Positions 1 through 10,038 of a stretch of 64,000 nt of DNA are shown here, piece by piece; position 1 is the stretch's first letter, and each line of letters begins with the position of its first letter. Both the position numbers and the translations under genes were made by a program. Under the pieces are notes generated by a model. The model searched no databases and had not been told where the DNA came from. It saw only the letters and a program-made list of their open reading frames with translations. This stretch comes from Trichoplax adhaerens (Eukaryota; Animalia; Placozoa): NCBI RefSeq assembly GCF_000150275.1, contig NW_002060966.1:138415-202414 (forward strand). Direction: 5' to 3'.

Positions 1-102
1 TACTTATGATTCAAGTTAGAATTAATAGGGACAATATAAGAGTAATGATGAATCAACATAAAGGCTTAGATATAGAAAAAAAAGTAGAGTATCAATAGGC
101 TA

Positions 103-189
103 AATGATTAACCATTATTGCCAAGACTGATATCGTTGTAACTTATAATGATTAACTATTACTGCCAAGACTGATAGCGTTCTAACTTA
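103..189. repeat. Two-copy ~44-bp tandem duplication just upstream of the GINM1-like ATG
   Basis: aatgattaaccattattgccaagactgatatcgttgtaactta is followed by aatgattaactattactgccaagactgatagcgttctaactta. Confidence 0.85.
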
Positions 190-272
190 CCAGTATTGTT
201 GTCTTTATAAGACTGTGTGTGATTATAATTCACTTCTCATAATTCTCTACGTTTACGCTAAGTTAAAAAAAG

Positions 273-1084
273 ATGAAGTATTTTATTTACAGTCTTTTGA
301 TTCTATTTTGCTTGCAGTTGCTATTATTTAGTTCTGCTAAAACTACTCCGAACTCAGTCAATAAAATACAGTCTATTCCGATTTTAATTAAAGTGCATTT
401 ATTAAATGATAGTTCAGGACCGTTGCTCCAGGTAAAGTTTGAACTTCAAGATATTCTATACCATTGTATTACTCTTTCCATTTTCGTCGGTTTATTTCTA
501 AATTAATGGCTTTTAGATACCTTTGAAAGTTGGCTACATCAGTGGGGTTGTCTACGTTAATGGTCAGTCTGTGACTAATGGGATAGTAACAAGGCTTCAC
601 ATGCAAGTAACTGCAAGTAAGCCAAAAAGTAGTATAGCATTTCCTAAACGAGTACATTCTAATCTTACCTCCATGATAGATAGTGAAAAAGCTGGTCATA
701 AGTACCAATCCAATGTTCAGATTCAAGTCAGGATTTTCGTTAGGCAATTACCTACAAGTAATCAAAATAAGTGTCGCACTGCAGTAGAAGAAGAAGTGGT
801 GGAAGTCGATTCATATTCGGTAAGAATAACAAATAACTGCAGATTAATTGATTATTGTGTATGGTAGCTGACAAAGAGTATATTACCTTTAGGTTCAGCA
901 ACCAATAGTCGAACAAGTCTTGCTATACGACGATTGTGCTGGACATCAAATCCAATCTACAGTTGTAAGATTAATATTGGAATACAGCAAGATATATTCG
1001 ATGCGTAAGGAGTATGATAAACATATATATGTTAGACCGAAAATGAAGGAAATCAAATCATTTTCTAAATCCCATAGCGTCTGA
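273..1084 (+). CDS. GINM1: GINM1 (glycoprotein integral membrane 1)-like protein, spliced, with signal peptide and no TM segment seen
   Basis: Exons 273-431, 517-819 and 893-1084 are joined by phase-0 GT-AG introns (CAG|GTAAAG..TTTTAG; TCG|GTAAGA..CTTTAG). The product has an N-terminal hydrophobic signal peptide, then GYISGVVYVNGQSVTNGIVTRL, VRIFVRQLP, VEEEVVEVDSYSVQQP and LEYSKIYS. These match, in order, human GINM1 as recalled ([53 protein letters not shown]). An alternative intron at 1005-1077 would end the CDS at TAG 1101-1103. Confidence 0.75.
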
Positions 1085-3977
1085 GGTGAAATTATTTCAC
1101 TAGATATTCTATGCCAATTAAGAGGGAAATCCCGTTTATGGCTAGCATCCTATTGAAAGATTAGTTTATAAACACTAGCTTGTCGATCTTTCAATAAGAT
1201 CAATCGACACTATTCTACTTATCCCTGTTATTAGCATTCAATTCAATGATTTTTGGCTTGATTGATTTTATTCAAGAGTCATGATGAAGAAAATGCTAAA
1301 GGTTTCCTATCGCTATCTGTAGTGTATTGATATTTCATGATAATTAATTAAAGCTTACGTATCCATTTCAACGTCATTGATAGTCTTGCTTATGTACACG
1401 CAAGTACCAGTTATAATATTGACTAATGTGGCAGTTTTAGAATTCACTAGTGCAAACTCCCGTCGCTTTGCTGATGTCTATGGCATTTGTTGCTTTCGCC
1501 TTCTATGACGTTCACTGTAGTGTTATTGTTATCGCAAAATCCATTTTTAACACTTTGTTCATTCCATGTTACTTCATGGCAGCTTCGATGTGAGCTTCTG
1601 CAGCTAGCTGCTGTATGCCTTTCGAAAAAGAAAATGAATAAAAGCTATAAAAATGATACAATCCATTTTTACATGTCGTTGTCGTCGAGTATGATAGACG
1701 GACGTGTCCAGATTGGAGACACCGCTCTGTGTATCTTTTGCGATAAAATTCGTTGATAAAGAATACATAGAGTATCTCTTCTAGATTCAACATGGGATGT
1801 AAATTTGATCAAGGGTTACACAATCTTGATATCAATGAATCTCAACGAATTGGAAGACGTTACGATCATTAATAAATACGCATTTACGAAAAAGACGTAT
1901 TTTGATCATCAGTACTATACGTGGTTGTTACGATTTCATTTTTGAAGATTTACTTTTAGACACTGTTAGAAGAGTTTACTAGAGCTTGAGTAGTTGTTAT
2001 GATACACTGCTCGTTTTGATATTAATTTGTTATAGCTTGTGTAGATTACAATTAGCTTGATTTAGTAATATACTGTTAATGTTGTTGTTGATCAAATGTT
2101 TAAGGTGTTAGACAGTCATGTTTGTGATAAGAGCTTAGCACTTTATTAGTTTACTGTTAGCTGCTAACAATACATGTTGGTAATGAATTTTCCATACGGA
2201 AACCTTAGTGATAGCTCTTATTATGATATATATACTTTTGGAAGGGTGTTTTTGTTGTTTTCGCACCTGATCTTCCACAAGAACATAAAAGACCGGTGTC
2301 TGACGATTGAGCTCGACAGTTAGAGCGTATGTCAGTCTAGTCTAGTTGAACAGAGTTAGATAGCTAGTAGAGATAGTAGAGGTAGCTTGCTGGTTGAACC
2401 AATACTGTTAAATTGTGTAAGTTCTTTTAAGTAATAAATATAGAAATAATTTTTTTATTACCTTGTTCACTGATTTGTAGCGCTATAGCTATAGTAGTAT
2501 TCGGTCATTGGGACTATTGTACGTCGTACTATATGCAAATCATGTCTCTTTCGAGTTAGTAGGAGACGTTCTTTATTTAGCGTTAGTGTGTGGACATACT
2601 TTGTTACTGGTGGACAGTGACAGTAGTGAACTCAACTTTATTCTAGATAAGATTACCGTTATAAGTAGAAAACTAGGCAATAACATGCTAGAACGGCATA
2701 CTATAAATACTAACGGACATCTTATCACATCAATCACATAAATAGCTAATTTATGACGTCCGTCATCAAGTAGACAGGCATTGCGGTAGTCGTGTTATCT
2801 AAATCGTAATCTTTATTACAGATTTTTTCTAAGTGAAAATAGGAGAGTATATTCTGATTTACAAACAACCCTGTCGAGAATGCAAATCAGTCATCTAATT
2901 AAGCAAACTAGTGTCAATCAAGTACCCAATACTACTTCGTAGCAGTTGTATTATTATTAATCGCTAAATAGATGAACATACAGTATATTGACTTCGTTTT
3001 AGTATACATGGACTGCACCATGCTACTGAAAACGCTGCTGCTCAGATATAAGCTCTGCTAGACTATCATTGCACTGAGCGTCAATATCGAGCCATACTGA
3101 ATTTTTCACTCATAGTGAGTCAACAAGTGTGCAAGAGATTAGTTAAAATATCTTCAATAAAATAAAAATAACCTGTCCGTACTCGCCATAGAGATAAAAA
3201 AAAATCCTTTCCATATACTGTATCATGGTTTACCAAAAGAAGAAGACGTTTTGTCTTAGTTTTGTTCTATTTTGAAAGAAATCTTCTTTTAGTAATCCAT
3301 GCATGTACTCACTACCCACACCTATCAATTGGTGGCCGAGGATACCCTATCGCGTACGGTATGTATGTGAAATGCTAAAGTTGATTACGCTGCCTAGCGA
3401 TGTGTTTGAAATCCAGCAAAGGCTAGGCATTTAGTATAAAATGGGACGAAAAGCAGCTGATTAGCGTGTATGAAAATAGCGTTGGACGCTGCCAACTATT
3501 GCTCCATCTTATAAATGAATCGATGCAAAGCGCCTTAAGAAGGTTTGATGTCTTTCAATTTTGAACGTATTTACTTTGAATTTGGCTACAATTCTACCAC
3601 ATCACTGCAACCTTGAGCAATTATTACTTGATGTCTTTTTTTTGTTCACTTTGACTGAATTATTGACTTATTTTTTTTCTTTCAAATTCCAAATACAAGC
3701 CCAAATACTAATTCAGTTACTTATACGGTACGCGATACAGTACGGTAGAGCGAGCGAGTGGTTTGCATTACAATGTAGAAAAAGGCTTCATTTTTCTCTA
3801 AGGCGCTAATTTTAATTTCACTTTGAGCGTTTCAATCATCAATGAATATTGTTCATTTTAAAGCATATGAAATGCGAGTTGTTTATTTAACTTTGAATCA
3901 AATTAGAGCGGTAAAATTGTCGGGAATTCGATGACTTAATATTAGTCTTGAATTCCCAGTGTAACACACAAACCATT

Positions 3978-4621
3978 ATATATATGAAAATATCGTTATC
4001 TATAAATAATAAATTTATACTATTATATTGTATTATTCGTTAACATGTTCCTAATACTAACAGAAAATCCTGAAACATATAAGATTGAAATAAATAATAA
4101 TCATCGTGTTAATAAATTAAATTCAAACAAAATAAAGATTATCAAATTATCATGTTGAAAGAGCTTTTACTGCATGTTTGGTATCTATTTTACAGTATAT
4201 GACCAAAGTCTGTATTATTGAAACTATCTGATCCTCTGACACTATTATAACTGGATGCAATATATACTTCATTGCGTACTATTTTACGCTAATAATTATA
4301 AATATATATACTGTATATATATGAAAATACCGTTGTCTATAATAAATAAATTAATACTACTATACTGTATTATTCATTAACATGTTCCTAATGCTAACAG
4401 AAAATCCTGAAATATATAAGATTGAAATAAATAATCATCGCGTTGATAAATTAAATTCAAACAAAATAAAGAATATAAAATTATCATGTTGAAAGAGCTT
4501 TTACTGCATGTTTGGTATCTATTTTATAGCATATGACCAAAGTCTGTATTGTTGAAACTGTCTGATCCTCTGACACTATTATAATTGGATGCAATATATA
4601 CTTCATTGCTTACTATTTACG
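3978..4621. repeat. Two-copy ~335-bp AT-rich tandem duplication upstream of cathepsin A paralog 1
   Basis: 3978-4288 and 4313-4621 align almost end to end (atatatgaaaat...catgttcctaat...gaaagagcttttactgcatgtttggtatc...ctgatcctctgacactattataa). Confidence 0.95.
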
Positions 4622-4804
4622 TTTCAGACCTCTATCTAAGCGAGCGGGTTGTAAGCTAGTATATTATAACAGAAAGAGAGATGGACAGACTCGTCGACAG
4701 CGTACAGGTGCTTCCCTACAGTCACCAATCGATCAGTGTACTGTAAGTACACAGTACACTGTACTGTAACCAAGAGCTGGCTAGACTAGCCCGATCATCC
4801 AGAT

Positions 4805-4814
4805 GGCACGTGAC
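4805..4814 (+). promoter_or_regulatory. CLEAR-like E-box GGCACGTGAC ~150 bp upstream of cathepsin A paralog 1
   Basis: 9/10 match to the palindromic CLEAR consensus GTCACGTGAC, inside a locally GC-richer segment just 5' of a lysosomal hydrolase ATG. Confidence 0.55.
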
Positions 4815-4966
4815 CTTTTACAAACTGAAGGCCCATCATCGCCATTTCTTCTCCATCAGGAAGCAAATCCAACGCCTGCGATACTGTACAGACTAAATTG
4901 ATTTCCATTGGACATTTTAGTGAGCTATTAGTGGAGAAAGATTGCCAAGAATAGAAGTAGAGACAG

Positions 4967-6364
4967 ATGAAATCGTTCTTGATTCCAATATGTGCTCTGC
5001 TCATCACCATGAGCCAAGCCTCAACTCGTAACCAAGATCTTATCAAAGTGTTGCCTGGTTTACCTTATTCACCACCCTTTCAACAACATTCGGGATATTT
5101 GCAAGGTCTTGCCAGCAATCAATTACATTATTGGTTTGTTGAATCACAACATAATCCTAAAACTGATCCCTTGCTATTATGGTTAAATGGTGGTCCTGGC
5201 TGTAGCTCGATCGATGGCTTATTGACAGAAAATGGCCCTTTTGCAGTGAATGATGATGGTAAAACACTCTATTATCGTAATACCACTTGGAATAAGTTTG
5301 CTAATGTGTTATATCTGGAATCGCCCGCTGGTGTCGGCTTTTCCTATAATCATGTTGGTAAATATCATTGGAATGACGATGTTGTCGCCCAAAACAATCA
5401 TGCGGCCTTACATTCCTTTTTCAAGAAATTTCCATCATTTACTAAAAATCCATTTTTTATTACCGGTGAAAGTTACGCTGGCGTTTATATTCCAACGTTA
5501 GTGGCTCGATTGCTCAACGATAGTAGTATTGCCTTGCAAGGTTTTGCTATTGGTAATGCTGTATTAAGTGCAAAGTTCAATACAGATTCATCAGTTTACT
5601 TTGCTTACTATCATGGCATTATTGGGGATGATTTGTGGGCCCAATTACAGTTATACTGTTGTACCATTGATGGTTGTCAATTTTATCAGACGAAATCCCA
5701 GCAGTGCAAAAAGTATTCCATGCAAGTTCGGCAAATGGTTAGTAATCATTTAAATGATTATTATATTTACGGTGATTGTCAAGGTGTATCGGCAAAGCAA
5801 TTTCGAATTCAACATATCTTGGATGATTGGGATCAAGTAACAGGGACTGGCCATCCTAAGGGGCATCCAACGGCGCATCCGACACCACCAGTTTTGCCGT
5901 GTATTGATTCCAAAGCTGAAACGATCTATCTTAATCGACATGATGTACGCCAAGCTTTGCATATTCCACATTATGTACCTCCTTGGCGAGTATGCAGTGC
6001 AGCGATTAATAAAGATTACAATCGAAATGTTCGTTCTCCCATCGATTTATTCCCGAAGTTACTTAAAAAGTTTCGCGCATTGATCTATAACGGAGATGTG
6101 GATATCGTATGCAATTTCTTGGGCGACGAAATGGCTGTCAGTTCATTAGATCGTCGTGTCATCGAGGAAAGGCGGCCATGGTTTTATAATGATACTTTAG
6201 GGCCACAGGTTGGAGGCTATGTCGTCCGATATGATAAAATCGATTTCTTAACCATCCGTGGTGCAGGACATATGGCGCCTGCCATTAAACCATGGCAAAC
6301 TTACCAAGCTATATATAATTTTGTATTTAATCGTACCTATAGCGATCTACCTAATATTGTTTAG
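4967..6364 (+). CDS. CTSA: Cathepsin A / lysosomal protective protein-like serine carboxypeptidase (S10), paralog 1, intronless
   Basis: 465-aa ORF with signal peptide, WLNGGPGCSS, LESPAGVGFS, catalytic GESYAG (Ser), NGDVDIVCN (Asp) and GAGHM (His). The canonical cysteines are retained, including LPC. Confidence 0.95.
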   Translation: MKSFLIPICALLITMSQASTRNQDLIKVLPGLPYSPPFQQHSGYLQGLASNQLHYWFVESQHNPKTDPLLLWLNGGPGCSSIDGLLTENGPFAVNDDGKTLYYRNTTWNKFANVLYLESPAGVGFSYNHVGKYHWNDDVVAQNNHAALHSFFKKFPSFTKNPFFITGESYAGVYIPTLVARLLNDSSIALQGFAIGNAVLSAKFNTDSSVYFAYYHGIIGDDLWAQLQLYCCTIDGCQFYQTKSQQCKKYSMQVRQMVSNHLNDYYIYGDCQGVSAKQFRIQHILDDWDQVTGTGHPKGHPTAHPTPPVLPCIDSKAETIYLNRHDVRQALHIPHYVPPWRVCSAAINKDYNRNVRSPIDLFPKLLKKFRALIYNGDVDIVCNFLGDEMAVSSLDRRVIEERRPWFYNDTLGPQVGGYVVRYDKIDFLTIRGAGHMAPAIKPWQTYQAIYNFVFNRTYSDLPNIV

Positions 6365-7514
6365 ATACCATTCTTCAGGAAAATGCTCTATTGAAATATC
6401 AGTGATAGAATAAATTTAATATCGTATGCGTTGGTAGACGTGAATCACATTCGAAAGTTGTTTATATAATAATAATAATAATAATAAAGAAATAGAATAA
6501 CTACAGTAGAAGACTCGAATAGAAAGCAAAGCTACAGCTCCATCATAAATATTTTATTCGCTCAACAAAATTGATATGTAGTCTAGCATGGAAGAAATTC
6601 TTTCTGCAATTATATTCCTTCCGTGCCTAGTTCTACTGTATCATCTTACTTTATGTACGACATCACCTTGTATTCATGACTGTAGATTAATTGTATCAAT
6701 AGGAAATTATTAATTCTAGCCCTACTGCGGCTGCAAAGTTGCTTATTATTATTAGTATGGTATTATAGAATATCCATGGTTATTTGACTAGAATAGATCT
6801 GACAACAATTGGAAATGGTTGATATTTCAGATATTTCAGTTTTATAACTATACTGAAATACTTTGTGATATTATTTTAAAATAAGTCAGAAAATATTGAA
6901 TTTGAATTTTATCTAGTTATTTTTTTAAATGATTCAAGATACTTTATATTATTTCTGATATGTTTTGCACTAGATGCAATAATGTGTACTAGCTTATTAT
7001 GCTATCGATGTGAATTTACAAAGGTGTATTTTTGTACATGGATCGATATCCGAATATAAGTGTAGAATACATGATGCAAGTATTGACCTATCCGACATGC
7101 ACATCGACGTGTATTTAACAAGTGTAATATAACATAGTTTAAGATGAATAATTTCTAAAATGAATAAAATGGTGTATGACCTTATTTCAGCTACTAAAAG
7201 TACGCATAAATCGAACGGTATACAGTACATCCATTCCAATCACCTTCTGCATTTGATGTTAACACTTTCCACCTGCTAGTACATCTTCGTCTTTCACTGT
7301 CAAATTGGAGCGCTGAAATTAATGAGCTAATTATCATTACTGGCCAGCATACCAGTAGTGAAGAAGTGATTGTAGATTATACACTGAGTCTACAGTACGC
7401 AACTAGACTGAACGATTCACGATCTGGATGAAATCTTGCAAGTTTAGAAGACAGAAATAAAAGGGAATTCATGCAATGCAGTACAAGCGTTAGCTATCCC
7501 TATTGCCTCTCCGT

Positions 7515-9560
7515 CGATATTTTCCCTATAGATTCAGTCCCGTCCATAGAGATATAGAAAGTACCTCTTCTACTCCTCTTTGTGGGGATTTTCCATATAG
7601 ATTTAGTCCCGTCCATAGATATAGAAAGTACCTCTTCTATTCCTCTTTGTGGGGATTTTCCATATAGATTTAGTCCCGTCCATAGATATAGAAAGTACCT
7701 CTTCTATTCCTCTTTGTGGGGATTTTCCATATAGATTTAATCCCGTCCATAGATATAGAAAATGCCCGTTATACTTCTATGGTCCCGTCCTGTCCATAGA
7801 GATATAGAAAATTTCTCTAATACTTGTTGTACCTCTATGGTGCCGTCCATGGAGATATAGAAAGTTCCTCTTATACCTTTATGATCCCGTCCATAGAGAT
7901 ATAGAAAATTCCTCTTATACCTCTTTTGTATTCCGCCTAGAGATGTAGAAAATTCTTCTCTGCCTCTTCTATTTGTATGGTCCCGTCTATAGACATACGA
8001 AAAATTCTTCTTATACCTCTTATACTTTCATGGCCCCATCCGTAGAGATATAGAAAATTCCTCTTATTCCTTTATGGTCGGCCTATAGAGGTATTGAAAA
8101 TTTCTCTTATACCTTTTATACTTGTATTGGTCATGTCTTTTGAGATATAGAAATTCCCCTTTTAGCTCTTATACTTGTATGGTCGCGTCTATAGAGATAT
8201 AGAAAACTCCTCTTTTACCTCTATGGCCCTGTCCTTAGAGGTATAGAAAAATCCCCTTCTACCTCTTACAAGTACTTCTATAGTCCTGTCTATAGAGATA
8301 TAGGAAATTCTTCTTCCACTTATTATACTTGTATGGTCCCGTCTATAGAGATATAGAAAATTCCTCTTCTACCGCTTATGCTTCTATGGTCCTGTCTATA
8401 GAGATATAGAAAATTTCTCTTCTACCTCTATGGTCCTGCCAGTAGAGATAGAATATGTAGAAAACTCCTCTTCTACCTCTTCTTCTTGTATAGTCCCGTT
8501 TATAGAGATGTAGAAAATTCTTCTTCTACCTCCTCTATTTGTAAGGTCCCATATATAGAGATGTAGAAAATTCCTCTTCTACCTCTTCTATTTGTAAGTT
8601 CCCATATATAGAGACGTAGAAAATTCCTCTTCTACCTCTATGGTCCTGTTCATAGAGATATAGAAAACTCCTCTTCTACCTCTATGGTCTTTTCCATAGA
8701 AATATAGAAAATTCCTCTTCTACCTTTATGGTCCTGTCCATAGAGATATAGAAAACTCTTCTTCTACATCTATGTTCTTGTCCATCGAGATGTAGAAAAC
8801 TCTTCTTCTACCTCTATGGTCCTGTCCATAGAAATGTAGAAAATTTCTCTTCTATCTCTACGGTCCTGTCCATCCAGATATAGAAAATTCCTCTTCTACC
8901 TCTTCTACTTGTATAGTCTCGTTGATAGAGATGTAGAAAACTGCTCTACCTCTATGGTCCCGTTGATAGAGATGTAGAAAACTCCTCTTCTACCTCTATG
9001 GTCTTGTCCATAGAGATGTAGAAAACTCCTCTTCTACCTCTATGGTCTTGTCCATAGAGATGTAGAAAACTCCTCATCTACCTCTACGGTCTTATCCATA
9101 GAGATGTAGAAAACTCCTCTTCTACCTCTATGGTCTTGTCCATAGAAATGTAGAAAATTCCTCTTCTATCTCTATGGTCCCGTTGATAGAGATGTAGAAA
9201 ACTCCTCTTCTACCTCTATGGTCTTGTCCATAGAGATGTAGAAAACTCCTCTTCTACCTCTATGGTCTTATCCATCGAGATGTAGAAAACTCCTCTTCTA
9301 CCTCTATGGTCTTGTCCATAGAGATGTAGAAAACTCCTCTTCTACCTCTATGGTCCCGTTGATAGAGATGTAGAAAACTTCTCTTCTACCTCTATGGTCC
9401 TGTCCATAGAGATCCAGAAAACTCCTCTTCTACCTCTATGGTCTTGTCTATAGAAATGTAGAACATTCCTCCTCCTCTACCTCTATGGTCCTGTCTATAG
9501 AAATGTAGAAAATTCCTCTTCTACCTACTTTTTATGATCCTGTCCATAGTTTAAAAGAAA
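7515..9560. repeat. ~2-kb minisatellite with an internally palindromic 44-bp unit
   Basis: Consensus tagaaaactcctcttctacctctatggtcttgtccatagagatg (period 44, e.g. 9001 to 9045). Three 67-bp variant units at 7584/7651/7718. Degenerate on the 5' side, homogeneous on the 3' side. Confidence 0.97.
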
Positions 9561-10038
9561 ATTTCTTTTACCTTCATGGTGGGTAGATGAACTAGATGAT
9601 GAGCCTAGAAGGAATCATCAGAGTGGATGTTCAGCGCTTCCCAAGCGAAGTTTGTAGTCATTAGTTAGGAGACAGCGATGCGTTCGATACACTACCTTCA
9701 CCGAGTGGATTGGTTGAGCCGGTAGACAAAAACACTCAGCCATTGTAGTCAATACTATAGACACGTTGGCTAGAAAAGAACAGTAAGCAGTCGGTGAGGG
9801 CAGTTGGGCCATTACCCCATACAGACTTGTATTGTCAGCTAAGGTTGTAGAAAGAGAAGAGAGGAAAGAAATTTGGCAAACAGTCGCTCGGCTTGAAAGT
9901 GCAATCATTTGGATGGTCTTTCTTGGGCCTTTTTCATGTTTTAAGTTGGTGCAAGTTGAGTCATCGTAGGGTAGATACCATTGGTCATCGTGGAAGAGTG
10001 GATTGAAGGGTCAATCTTTGCGAGATCAAGGCAACAAC

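Noticed and set aside
2533-2888. Two octamer ATGCAAAT sites suggesting an snRNA promoter
   Set aside because: No recognisable snRNA sequence lies nearby, and the word is expected by chance in AT-rich DNA.
4795-5971. Short ORFs overlapping cathepsin A, NFXL1, eIF5B and temptin in other frames or strands
   Set aside because: Shadow ORFs of real coding sequence with no independent evidence.
7515-9560. Palindromic 44-bp repeats resembling a CRISPR array
   Set aside because: Units are contiguous with no unique spacers, there are no cas genes, and the context is eukaryotic and intron-rich.
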